Part shown: piece after piece, positions 13,601-24,759 of the stretch
Position numbering within the stretch: position 1 is the stretch's first letter
Layout: every line of letters begins with the position of its first letter
Origin: Vitrella brassicaformis CCMP3155
Lineage: Eukaryota; Protista; Chromerida
Assembly: GCA_001179505.1 (NCBI GenBank)
Contig: CDMY01000061.1
Span: forward strand, 62,001-126,000
Direction of reading: 5' to 3'
Length of the DNA stretch: 64,000 nucleotides
Notes under the pieces: generated by a model
Seen by the model: the letters and a program-made list of their open reading frames with translations, nothing else
Told to the model about the DNA's origin: nothing
Database searches by the model: none
Program-made: the position numbers and the translations under genes

Positions 13601-14459
13601 ACATTTGTGGGCTGTGGGTGAATCAATCGGCTTGGCCGGCGGACCGGACCATTCGGCGTTTTGCAGCCTGTCGAGTAGTTTGGTGATGTGGGAGGCCTGG
13701 GTCTCCAAAGGGATGGCGCCGATGATCTTCCGAAGCGACTCGACCGCCTTAACGAATGAATCCCCCACACGGATTGCATTGCAGGGGGTGGGTGTGCGTG
13801 ACGTATTCGGTGCTGCTCTCCTTCCAACCAACCTTATCCCGGACGGCAGTTTCTTCCAAACACGCGAAGTCCTCCACAATGGCTGCACCCCACCGCCCCG
13901 CCCCGCACGCAGACACACACAGAAACAGCCAGGCATGCAGGCCGCCGGTCATTTTATCATCGTTGGTGTGATGTGATTGGTGTCCTGGCTGGCTGGCTGG
14001 CTGGCTGGCTGTGTGTGTGTTTGGCTGCCTCTCTGGCGTCCGCACGCACGTATGATGCAGCAAGCGTGTTCCGGGCCTCCGACGGCATCGATGGCCTTGC
14101 CCAGCTGCTCCGACAACGCTATCAGCACCTCATCGTCGTCGTCCAACATCTCACCTGCAGTGCACCACACACAATCCATTCATCCATCCATCCATCCATG
14201 CATCCAGCCACACTCATCAAATCAAGTGTCTGTCTGCCCACACTCATTCCATTCATTATTCCCGTGTGACCCTACCTACCTACGTACCTTGTATGAAGGG
14301 AATGAGTTCGTTTCGTGTTCTGTCTGGCCCGAGTGCGACGCATATGGTGCTGAGTGAGCGGACCGAGTGGAGGCGGGCCTGGAGGTCCTCGTGCCGCAGC
14401 TCCTGGATCAGAATCGACACTGGATTGGGGTTGAACTGCTGAGAGTGAGATACACTCAT
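10619..14459 (-). CDS. PPP2R1A: Protein phosphatase 2A 65-kDa scaffold subunit A (HEAT repeats), many exons
   Basis: ATG at 14459: NPVSILIQELRHEDLQARLHSVRSLSTICVALGPDRTRNELIPF; DDDDEVLIALSEQLG; EETAVRDK-AVESL; PMVRRAAA; VDKAWRVRYMAADNF; DQEVRTVA; DQVPEVRL; DKQWRVRQAV; DPVFSIRDAA; DRVPNVRYNACK; EDEDPDVRYLA. Stop at 10619-10621. Confidence 0.97.
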
Positions 14460-14719
14460 GGAGCCGCAACCACTGACGCTGAATGAATGAACCAATGGCC
14501 GGATGGATCAAGGCAGCGAGTGCAGCGAGTGCTTCTAGTGCCTTCTCTCAGCGGTTTCTTGCCGGTCTTTGTGTTTCTTCAAGTAGTCATCTAAGCCTGT
14601 TGCTCAACACACACGCCCAGCGAGAAGGCTCCAAGATCTCCAAGCTCGCAGAGACCGCCTAGGGTGCTCCATGAAAGCGCTGCCGCCGCAGGGCCTGAAA
14701 CCAACGAGAGGGGAACTGA

Positions 14720-17700
14720 ATGTCGGCGGACGGCAGTGCGTCAGAAGGTACAGAAGCAACAAATTTCTCGCACACAGTGGCTCCCTATTGCCCACGTCTG
14801 TGCTGCATTCGCGCCATTTGGCTGTGTTGTGTGCAGCGGTGGAGGCCCTGCGTGTGGAGCTGGCGCATAAGAGTTCAGAGCTGTCTGAGTTCACTCGCAG
14901 GGCGGAACAGGAGTTCTCGAGACTCAGGAGCGAGGTGAGGCGGTGCGCTCAGAGGAAGGAAGAAGGAAGCAGAGAATAGAGAATGAATGCACTCACTGGT
15001 GAATCGAATCAGGTTGATGCTCTCTCTTTGTGCGTGTGGCATGCAGCTGGGCGAGTATGCCGATGACCTGCTGCACAGGGACATCGAGATAGAGAAGCTC
15101 AGGGCTGAGGTACGCACGCACGGCCCTCCCTTACCGTGGCAGGCACGGCGTGTGCATGCAGAGCTCACATGTGACCTGACTGACCATGGATGGCCCTGTC
15201 TGTCTGTGCACTCACTGCAGTTGCAGGACCGTGATGGGCGTATTAGGGAGCTCGAGAGCAGACAAAATGTATGATAGTTATGTCAGAAGAACACCACACC
15301 CTGCTGCATGATAGATGGCTGACAGACTCATGCGTCAAATCGAGGAGCAATGCGTTTGTGTGTGCATATGTGCAGTCGTCGGATGGCAGCCGTCACCCGT
15401 CGTCAATGGCCCCCTCCTCCCACCATGCCACACCGCCACCCATCCCCCAGCAGCCCTCCCTCTCGCGGCACCACTCGCGGCCATCGCCATTCGTCAAGTC
15501 CCGGACGACAGGTGAGAGGCAGGAAGCTGCCGCTGCTGCCGACAAAGGCGATAGATGCGGCAGTGACATGTTTACGAGTCCTGTGCGCGGTGATGGGGGC
15601 GGGGGCAAGAGGGAGGGCGACAGGGCCGCCAAGGCAGCGTGTGTGCAGTCACCGGTAGGCAGGGACTGCACACACATACAGCAAGATGGATGGCGGGAAG
15701 AGACCAATGTCAGTCGTGTCAGTCTGATGGATGCCTCTCTGCCCGGTGTGCCGGTTTGTGTGAGCTCCCTCAGGCGTTGGATGAGCTTAGGGCTACGTTG
15801 AAGAGTCTGCGGGAGTCGAACCACCGGGTAATGTATTGAGTGCAGTGCCTGAAGGGTAGACAGCCAGCAGAGGAAGGCAGTGCAGTCAGGCCACTTGGCT
15901 GGCTGGCTGGTTGGTCGATCGGTGAATGATGATACATAAAATAGGTCAGAATCTGCAGCCCACACACGATGAGTGAGGGCCCTGTAGACAAAGACATATT
16001 ACACACTCGCTGACCCGTCAGACCACACCACCCACACACATACAAGGCAAGGGCTGCTTCACGTGGTTGCCGCCTCAGCAAACATCCCTGTGTGTGCACT
16101 CTGTCTGTCTTTCTGTCTGTCTGTATGTCTGTGTGTTGCATGTTGTGTGCAGGACACGACTCCCCCTCAGCTGCGGTTCACGCCCGTCAAGACGCCTGCG
16201 GCCTTCACACAGTCGGCCAACGCCAAGCCGCCAAAACCGCCGGAGCCCAGGCAAGACCACCATGCCAATGCCACAGCACCGCGGCCGCCAGCCCGCCCGA
16301 ACCTCAACATCTCTGCGCCGAGTGGTTTGCGCGTGAGCACTGCCGGCCGGCTGCCTGTGAGCGGCCGCCGGTCGTCACCCCGCTCTGTGGCTCTCTGGGA
16401 AGACGAGGAGGACACCAGGGAAGGAGCTGAGGGAGGACAGAACGATGCCGTGTGGCCCGAACAAGGCTCGAGAAGGGAGACAGCCGAGAGGTCGGCCTTG
16501 ACAACACCACAGCTGTCATCGCATCAGCCCAAGACGAGTACACATCACCAGCCATGGGCACCTTCACCATTCGGCCGGAGGGTCCCGCACTTGCCGCAGC
16601 ACCAGCACCAGTCGCCGGAGGATGCGCCTTCCCCCCTACCCATCTGTTCGCCCTCTCCCCCCGTGCCCCTACCACCGTTCTCCACCCCGGCACGTGAGAG
16701 GGCTGCCACGGCCATGCCGGTCAGCATCGCCCCACCCGAGCTGGTCACCACCCCTCAGGCAACAGCCAAGTACCCCTCGTGGACCAATGCCACGCCCCTG
16801 GAGCGTGTCCGGCGCGACCATGCGGGCTGTGAGGGCGATGGTGTCGGTGGTGAGTCTGCGAGCCCCCCCTCTGTGATCCAGCGTGACTTCGGCATGGGCG
16901 TGCGGTCATCCCTGACTGCACCATCGCCGCCATATCACTATCACAAGAGGGACCATCATGCCGTTGCGGCCGACCATGCGGCTGCGGAGAGGGAGGGGCA
17001 GGGCGGGGGCGATGAGGGTGTCGGGACGACCACGTCCATCTTGGCTGAGCTGCGAGAGCTGCGATCACGGATGGGTGAGATAGGGGCGGTGCTGCGGCGG
17101 GAGGCGTCCAAGGCCATGGAGGGGCATGCAGCACTGCTGGGCAGGCAGAGGAGCGGCGCTATCGGCGATCTAGGAGAGTGGATGGAGGCGCTTGGGATGC
17201 CAACCGCACACAAGACGCCTGTCCCAGAGCAGCCCCCAAGTGATGCCAGTGGTCACACCGGGCTGATGAGGCATGCCGGGCCTGTCCGGTCGCAGCCTCA
17301 GCTATCGAGGGGCCCTCAGCAGATGGTAGATGACGGAGCACGGCTGAGAGCCCATGCCCGGCCGCACAAGAATGGGCAGCGGGGAGAGGGCACCGTCGGA
17401 GAGAGGGATGAGGATGGAGAGATAGTCCATGGGCGGCTTCCGACAGAACAGCACACTAGTGGGGTAAGCGAAGCGAAGTAGAAAGGGCCCGGCCCACCAC
17501 ACCATCTGTTTGACATCCACTTCTGTGGCCTGCCTGCCTTCAGGTCTCTATCCCCGTGTTGCCGTGTCCGCCACCGCAGCAGCTGCCTCTCCCCAATCGC
17601 CTCAGCAGCATCCGACCCCCAATCGCACAACGACATACCCGGCAAATCCTGAGGTCGGCAGCCGACACCGGCCAGCCGCGAAGCGACATGCTGCCTCAGC

Positions 17701-18355
17701 GTCGGCCCTCGTCTGCCCGTCTAAGCCCGCCGGTCTGCCCGTCTCCCCCGGCATCATCTGTCTTGTCGTCGAACGACTTGCCCAAGGACAGGACGTGTGA
17801 TTGGAACCCAGCGCCGTCCAGCACGGTGGTGCATAGCAGAGATATAGCTGAGTGTCGTCCCCCTTCGCCCCCGCGGCTGCAGTGCCGTCGTGCCTCGCGG
17901 CTCTTGTCAGGTCGCTCCGATGATGGCACAGGGGCGTTGTCGTCGGGCGGGTCAAGTGACTCGAGGCGGCGCAGGAGGGGCTCAGAGGAGAGACCACACC
18001 GTACCCTAGGTGTGTTAGCAGAGGATGCATGTCACAGACACTCACCTGTGCGCTTTGTACATGCGACTGTGTGTGTGCGTCAGGACCGGTTGATGCTCAC
18101 AAGCAGCAGGCGGCGATGAGCATTCAGTCGCAGACGTCATCGGTCGACCACCCCCCGGTCATCACCACATCGTCGACCACCACCCACCCGCCGCCATCGA
18201 CCGACCCGCCGGGTTCCAACTCGCATCAGCTCCGACTGCCCAGGCCCATCCTGCCCATCTTGCCTGCGTCCCAGCCGTTGCCGACGCCCAAGATGAGGCG
18301 GCGCCAGTCTAGCTGTGATGGGAGTGGGAGGCGGGTCTGGTGTGGTGTGGTGTGA
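14720..18355 (+). CDS. Hypothetical protein: N-terminal coiled coil followed by long Pro/Ser-rich disordered region (multi-exon)
   Basis: MSADGSASE|AVEALRVELAHKSSELSEFTRRAEQEFSRLRSE|LGEYADDLLHRDIEIEKLRAE|LQDRDGRIRELESRQN joined by phase-compatible GT-AG introns. Long exon in ORF 16063..17481 with a GTAAG donor near 17464; further exons to about 18355. No recognisable domain. Confidence 0.55.
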
Positions 18356-18882
18356 ATGGGGGGTAGAGAGTGAGTGGTGAGTGAATGACGGACGGGTGGC
18401 TGGAGAGTCACTCGCTTCTATATACGTGACACAATGCAGACACGTGTGTGTGTGTGTGGGACCGGGAAACATGATTGATGGATCTCGAACGATTCCCCCG
18501 GCCACCCCATCCATGCTTTGCTTTGCTTAAATCATTGAATGCATTAAGTAAAGCATTCAGGCAGTCGGCCACTCACTCGTCCGTGCGTGTTCAGTCAGGG
18601 AGAAGTACAAGGTAGGTGGGTGGGTCTATCGGCCGGTCGGTCAAAACGCCCTAGCGGCTCCATGCGACAGACAAGTTGCGGGAGGGAAGCAGACAGACAG
18701 ACAGCTAGGCTAGCCCACCAAACTGACTCATCCATCCATCCATCCATCTGAGCAGCCATGGATGCAGTATATATAATGCAGGCACGCATGACAGACAGAC
18801 AGACAGACAGGAAAAGAGCGACAAAGAGCAGTTAGTTAGTTATGTCACCCCCACCCACCTAGCTAGCCCCCCCTTGTGTGTG

Positions 18883-21800
18883 TCATCCGTTCAGTTCTTG
18901 GATGTCCTGCTGCACCTTTGATGCATCGCCCTTGGCCATCCCCTGCTCCCACTGGATGAGCCGCTCCACCCCGTTGGCCACCTCAGAAATGATGTCGGCC
19001 TCACTCGCCCCCATCGCCCGGGCGTTGGTGACGTCGAAGAGCCCCTCGCCCGACGGCTCTGGGCGCACGCGCACCCCCATGTGTGCGATGGCCGACGGGG
19101 GGAAGGACGACAGGGCGGCCAGGTGCGGCAGCTTCATAAGCAGCGACAACTTGAGACCCGTGCCCCACATCGATGGACAGCTCGTGATGTGCCTGCAGCC
19201 ATCGGCAATACACACCAGCGCAGCGCAGAGAGCATTGAGTTGAGAGACATCGGCCCGGCGAGATGTCCAGCGTACCCGAATTGTTCGTCGACAATGAATG
19301 AGGCGTCCTTGCTGGCGAGGTATGTGTCGAGTTGCGTCACGGCCTCGCGCATGAGTGTGACGACCGCCTTGACGTCACCGCCCTTCTTGATGACCATGAG
19401 CTTCAGGTGGTCGTCCTCATTCACCCAAGCCAGCACCTCACGGCTGGTCGACAGGAAGAATCCCCGACCATCAGGCCACCCCTCACCCATTTTGGTGGTC
19501 TTCAAGGCGGTGTGAGTAAGTGATTGGGAGAAGCGGGACAGACAGTGTTGAGAGCCACACACACAGAGACACAGACGACCATTGATATATGCTGCGGCAC
19601 ACATTCATTGTGTCAGTCACTGTCCGCGTAGTACCCACCTGGAAGTATGGCGACGTGGGGCTGCTGAACAGCTGCTGCTCGTCAACAAACTGCTGACGGA
19701 ACTCGGGAGACATCTCGGCCAGCCGGTGATACTGACCCGCCACCTCACCCGTCAGCCCGCTCAGCCCATCGCCCAGCAGCTGCTCCGTCGCGGCCCTTTC
19801 TTTGGCATCCATGGCCGGCGGCAGTGCAAATCCCCCGATAGATCTGTTGATTCTCAGTCTGGCGGAGAGGATGACATTGCCTGAGGGGTCCCAGCTGTCG
19901 GCCTTGATGTGTGTGGGGTCGATCAGCATCGGTGAGGGGGTCGGGTGCCGCCCATTGGGGCCGAGGCCGTGACGCTTCGCCACCACCAGGCCGTAGAAGT
20001 CGCGGAACAGACTCACACTCTCCTCGTCGCCAACGACACAACCGACTGCTGCGTCTGACGAGGGAGAGGCGTCCTCGATGCCGCACTTGGTCGCCCTGCA
20101 TGACAAAAGGAGAGGCCACGGCAGGGCAGCCTTGGCCAGTGTCTCCCCTCCCCTGTGTGGTGTGTGTGGATACAAACATTTCCAGTGTGAAGTCGTTGCG
20201 GCTTTTGACGCCCTTGTATTTCTCTGCCAGCTCTGGGTGGGCCTTCAGGATATCCCGCACGGCTTGGCCTCCCGCCGTGGCACTTGGAGCGGCGGCAACT
20301 GCACACAAGAATGGAATGCACACCAGACACAGAGGGCTGGGCTCTTTCCTCCCCCTCTGTTGCTGCAGTGTACCTCCCGCCCCCGCTCACCATCCGCAGG
20401 ACCATGGTCAGGTTCTCTGGTCTCCTTCTTCTCTATCGGCAGCTCTTTAGGCTCCTCCTTCTCTGTCGGCGCCTCCGCGTCCTTCTTGGGCTGCTCTTTG
20501 GGCGGCACCTCCACCTTCTCCACCTTCTCCGCCTTTGCCTTTGGCTCTGGTCTCTTGAACCCCCTTTGCGTGACCTTCCGCACCTCATCCTGCACGGCCG
20601 CCGACCCGCCCTCCTTGTCCAACATGGCCTCCCAGGCAATCAGCTGCTTGACGCCCTCCCCCACCACCTCGAGTATCTCGTCCTCAGTCATGCCCGCCTT
20701 GGCGATGTTGCCCACGTCGAGCGCCCCATCGGCCGCTGCATCCCCGAAGCGGCCGTCAGGTGCTGGAGAAATGTAGAGACCCAGCGCTGCCAGCAGGGCC
20801 GTGGCCTTGTCGTCTGGTTGCTGCGTGGCGCGAGGCGTCTTGGCGAGGGGCTTGAAGGCGAGCAGGGTCGCCAGGTTGGGGACGCGGAGCACCACCGAGA
20901 CATGAAGGCCGGTGCCCCAGTTGGAAGGGCTACTTGTGATGTACCTGACACATTGATGGGATGGGATGGATGGGTGGACGGAGAGAGCAGAGACACCCAT
21001 GTCCGTGCCGCCCCGACCCGACCTACCCGAATTGTTGATCGATGAGGAAGTCGGCCTTGTCTTGTTTGAGTGCGTTGCTGAGCTCGGTCATCAAGTACTG
21101 CGTTTTGGTGATGAGTGTCTTGAGGTCTGCGTTGGGCTGCAGCGCCACCACGCGCAGATGGTCGTCCTCGTTGACCCACACCAGCACGCTTTTGTCGTCG
21201 GTCATGTACAGACCACGGCCGTCAGGCCAGTCACGGCCGATGCGAGACGACTGCATCCATCACACACAGACATGAACAAACCACACACACAAGAGCGATG
21301 CGATCAGCAGGTCTATGCATAGATCTATGCGATGCGCATGTGTTGTCCAGTCAGTCCACCTGGCAGTATTGCGAATCTGGTGGAGTGAAGAGCATCTTGT
21401 CGATCACCAGGTCGTCACGGTCGGCAGCAGCCATCTTGGCCAGCGGGAAGTAGCGGCCCTTCAGCTCCCCCGTCAGCCGACACAGTGCATTGGCAACCAC
21501 CGACTCCACCTTGCGACGCTCGCCGCGCGTGCACTGCGGCGGCAGTGCAAATCCCCTGATAGATCTGTTGATCCTCAATCTGGCGGAGAGGATGACATTG
21601 CCTGAGGGGTCCCAGCTGTCGGCCTTGATGTGTGTGGGGTCGATCAGCATCGGTGAGGGGGCCGGGTGCCGCCCATTGGGGCCGAGGCCGTGACGCTTCG
21701 CCACCACAAGGCCGTAGAAGTCGCGGAACAGACTCACACTCTCCTCGTCGCCAACCACACAGCCGAGGATGCCCTCGTCTGCACAATCGAGGCCGCACTG

Positions 21801-22919
21801 GATGCACCTGAATGAAATAAACCGGACGACATCAGACAATGAGACAGCAATGAGTGTCTCTGTGGCCGTCCCCCACTCACTCACTGGTCGAAAGTGAAGC
21901 CGGTGTTCGTGACGGTGGTTCTGTATCTGTAGTAGAGGTCTTGTCTCTCCATCAGCACCTCAGCCATGATGGTGTTGGATGTCTCCAGCAGGGGGAAGTC
22001 CAACGTCGGGTCCAGATACAAAGCAGGGTTGGAACTCTTACCGCCTGGGTCAAAGGCAAAGGGCACAGCCAACCAACCACTGTGTTTGTTTGTTCGTTCC
22101 ATGGCATGCATGTCTCACCGGTAGGGATCGGCCCGCTGGGTGATGCTCCCGGCTTCGCACCCTCAACCTTCAGCTTCTCGAGGTACCGCACCTGCAGGCA
22201 GGCAGGCAGGCAGACAGACGGGAAGCGTGTGTGTGTGTGTGTGTGTGTCCCCACCCTACCTACCATGTACTCGAGTGGTTCTTTGGGTTTGTCGATGAGT
22301 ATCTGCTGCACCATGGTCTGCAGCACGGTCTGCAGGTTGTGCTCGTCGAGGTACTTCTGTGCGTTGAGGGCCGCCTGATGTCGGCTCTGCCGCCTCTCCG
22401 TCTGCTTCTTGGCCGCCGGATCGGTCAGCTGGGCGTTGATCTTGAGCGTCAGGGACTGCGCGCCGGTGCCCGCTGGGTTGGGGATGGAGATGATCTCGTC
22501 GACATTGCTTTTCTGCTTCAACTTGGCCGTGCTCAGCTGCGTGCCACCCAACTGCACACACACACACACACACATGAACCACACACACATGAACCAATCA
22601 GACAGAGAGGGGACTCTCTAGTCGTGTTGTGCACGCGACCCTTTTTGCGATGCAACATGTCTACAGCGTTTTACATACCATGGAAAGGACCTCCACTTTG
22701 AACGTGTTTGAGCTGGCCGACGGGAAGCGGAAGGGCTGTGTGCGGCAGACACAGGGACAGGACTCGATGTGCGGCAGTATATCTTAGTGCTGGTCAGTGA
22801 GTCTAGAGCTCATTGACCTCATTGAGTTTGAGTGGTGCCTGTCGTCTGGTGTCGCCGACGCGTATGGACACATAGGAGCGAGGGGGGAAGCTGTTGGCCT
22901 CAGTCACCGTCACCTCCAT
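18883..22919 (-). CDS. Two-domain ATP:guanido phosphotransferase (phosphagen kinase) fold protein with N-terminal C2-like segment and RIIa/Dpy-30-like docking motif
   Basis: ATG at 22919 (MEVTVTEANSFPPRSYVSIRVGDTRRQAPL|PFRFPS), then AQKYLDEHNLQTVLQTMVQQILIDKPKEPLEYM (D/D-like). Domain 1: GFTFDQCIQCGLD, GCVVGDEES, SARLRINRS, DWPDGRG, WVNEDDHLR, SSPSNWGTG. Lys/Glu-rich linker. Domain 2: DFTLE..KCGIED, GCVVGDEES, SARLRINRS, GWPDGRG, WVNEDDHLK, SCPSMWGTG. Stop at 18883. Confidence 0.9.
19816..21755. repeat. Near-identical ~219-bp direct repeat inside the two kinase domains (19816-20034 and 21537-21755)
   Basis: Manual alignment at offset 1721 shows about 5 mismatches; the flanking coding sequence of the two domains is strongly diverged. 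Confidence 0.95.
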
Positions 22920-23292
22920 CGCTGGACAACAAATTTAATCGACACTGGCTGGCTGGCTGGCTGGTTGGCTGCATATGAAACAACAAAGGGAGATTCCTTT
23001 CGGTGGGCCCTGTGGATCCCCTTCCCCCCTCACCTCACCAAGGGCCTCTCGAGCTTTTCGTTCACTTGGGCTGGCGCATGCAGTGCCCCTGCGTGTCTGT
23101 GGCGAGGGGCCGTCACGAAAGGATCAATACAGGGTCTCCGTCACTCAAAACCCTCCAAGAAAAGGCCAAGGGCTCTAAGGGACCTTTCTTCTCACCGCCG
23201 TTAGACGTGTCGGTCATGCTCTAACGCTAACCCAGACCGCTGTAAACATTACGGCAAGGAGGGAAGGGAAGGCTTGTTGTTGTGTTTTGAGA

Positions 23293-24330
23293 ATGAAGTC
23301 CGTCCTCGCCGCTCTCTTTGTCTATCTCTCCATCTCGCAGGGTACGCAGCGCAGCGCCATGTTTCCAGGGACTCCTAATGGGTGTTTCTTCACCGGTGTG
23401 CTACTCTGTCTGTTCTGTGTTGTGTGTGCAGGCTTCGCTGCCCCTGCATCCAGCGCGTTTGTGTCCTCTCCTGGCGTGAATGCGCTGACTCGGCTGCGTT
23501 CGCCTGCGAAGGCGGCGGCCGGTCGGCTGGACATGAGCGTGTTCAACGAAGGCGTTGAGAAGTTTGGCAAGGACTTCGCCATGCCAAAGAAGATGGGATT
23601 CGGGCCAACAGGTGGGTGAGCGCCACTCTCACTCACACATGCACTGCTCCGTCCAGATGTGCAGCGTGAGTGCTCATCTTTCTGTGTGTTTTCTGTTGGC
23701 CACTCTCTCCTACCTACCTGTTCTGTGTGTCTGTCTGGTGTCTGCATGTGCCCCCCAGCGAATGCTGAGCGCTGGAATGGTCGGCACGCGATGGCGGGGT
23801 GGGTGAGTCTGCTGTTCATTGCGTACGCCAAGTACACGGGGAACCCGATCTTTGGCTTCCCCGGCCCCGAGGAGACCTTCAAGTGGATTGCGTATGGCGG
23901 CAAGGAGGCGGAGATCCCTCTGCAGAACATCTACGTGCTGGTGTTCAACGCCCACCTGCTGATGATATCGCTCATCGCCTTCCTCTTCAACGACTCGCTG
24001 CCGGACAAGTTCTGGTTCAGCGACGGTGAGGACGACGAGGAGCCCGCGGGACTCATCCCCAGATTCGAGCCGGGACTCACAAAGGGCGCTGAAATGCTCA
24101 ACGGGTCAGTGACGGAGGGAGGGATGGAGGTCGAGAGTGGGCGGCAGATGCACACTGTGTATGAGTGGTATCGTCTTTGTGTGTGTGTGTGTTGGTTGTG
24201 TTGCGTTGTGTCCACCAGGAGGTTGGCGATGCTGGGTCTGGTAGTGCTGCTGGTGACAGCTTTCGGGACCGGCCAGTCGGTGGACCAGGTCATGGACAAG
24301 GCCCTCGGCGGCCTGCTCATTCCCAAGTAG
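23293..24330 (+). CDS. RedCAP: RedCAP (red-lineage CAB-like protein, extended LHC family), plastid-targeted, 4 exons
   Basis: Signal peptide MKSVLAALFVYLSISQ plus transit peptide with an SSAFV motif. GFGPT|ANAERWNGRHAMAGW (helix I), central hydrophobic helix, PGLTKGAEMLNG|RLAMLGLV (helix III). ERWNGRHAM preceded by G.GPT matches RedCAP as I recall it rather than LHCF/LHCR. Confidence 0.85.
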
Positions 24331-24759
24331 ACAGACGTCTCGACAGGAGGACGGAGGGACGGACTGACAGACGGCAGCCTGGCTACCTACCCTACCTACC
24401 TATTGGTTTAGTTCTGCGGGTGGCTGGCCGGCTGGATGGATGGATGGATGGATGGCTGTTTGTGTGTAGAGTAGCAATCAATGAGAGATGGATATGGATG
24501 GGACGAGATGAGAAGACGTGATGATGAGATTTATGACAGACAGATGAGATGAGATGACAGACGAGTAACGTAACAATGCTGCTGCTCATGCAACACACAA
24601 CGTGACCCCGCCATTGATCCTGAAGAACAAGCGTTGGCAACCCGCTAAGCTCGCAGTCTCAAGAGGGCCTCCCGATCTGGTGCAGCAGGGCTCATGAGCT
24701 AGGTGTAGTGTGCCCATCCCCCAGCCATCCATTCATCCATCCATCTATCTCCAGCCATC

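Noticed and set aside
11598-13936. Long ORFs rich in CVCVC, THTHT, DRQTDRQ or SIHPSIHP (many across the window)
   Set aside because: Translations of intronic microsatellites or antisense shadows of real GC-rich exons (here PP2A-A); not independent genes.
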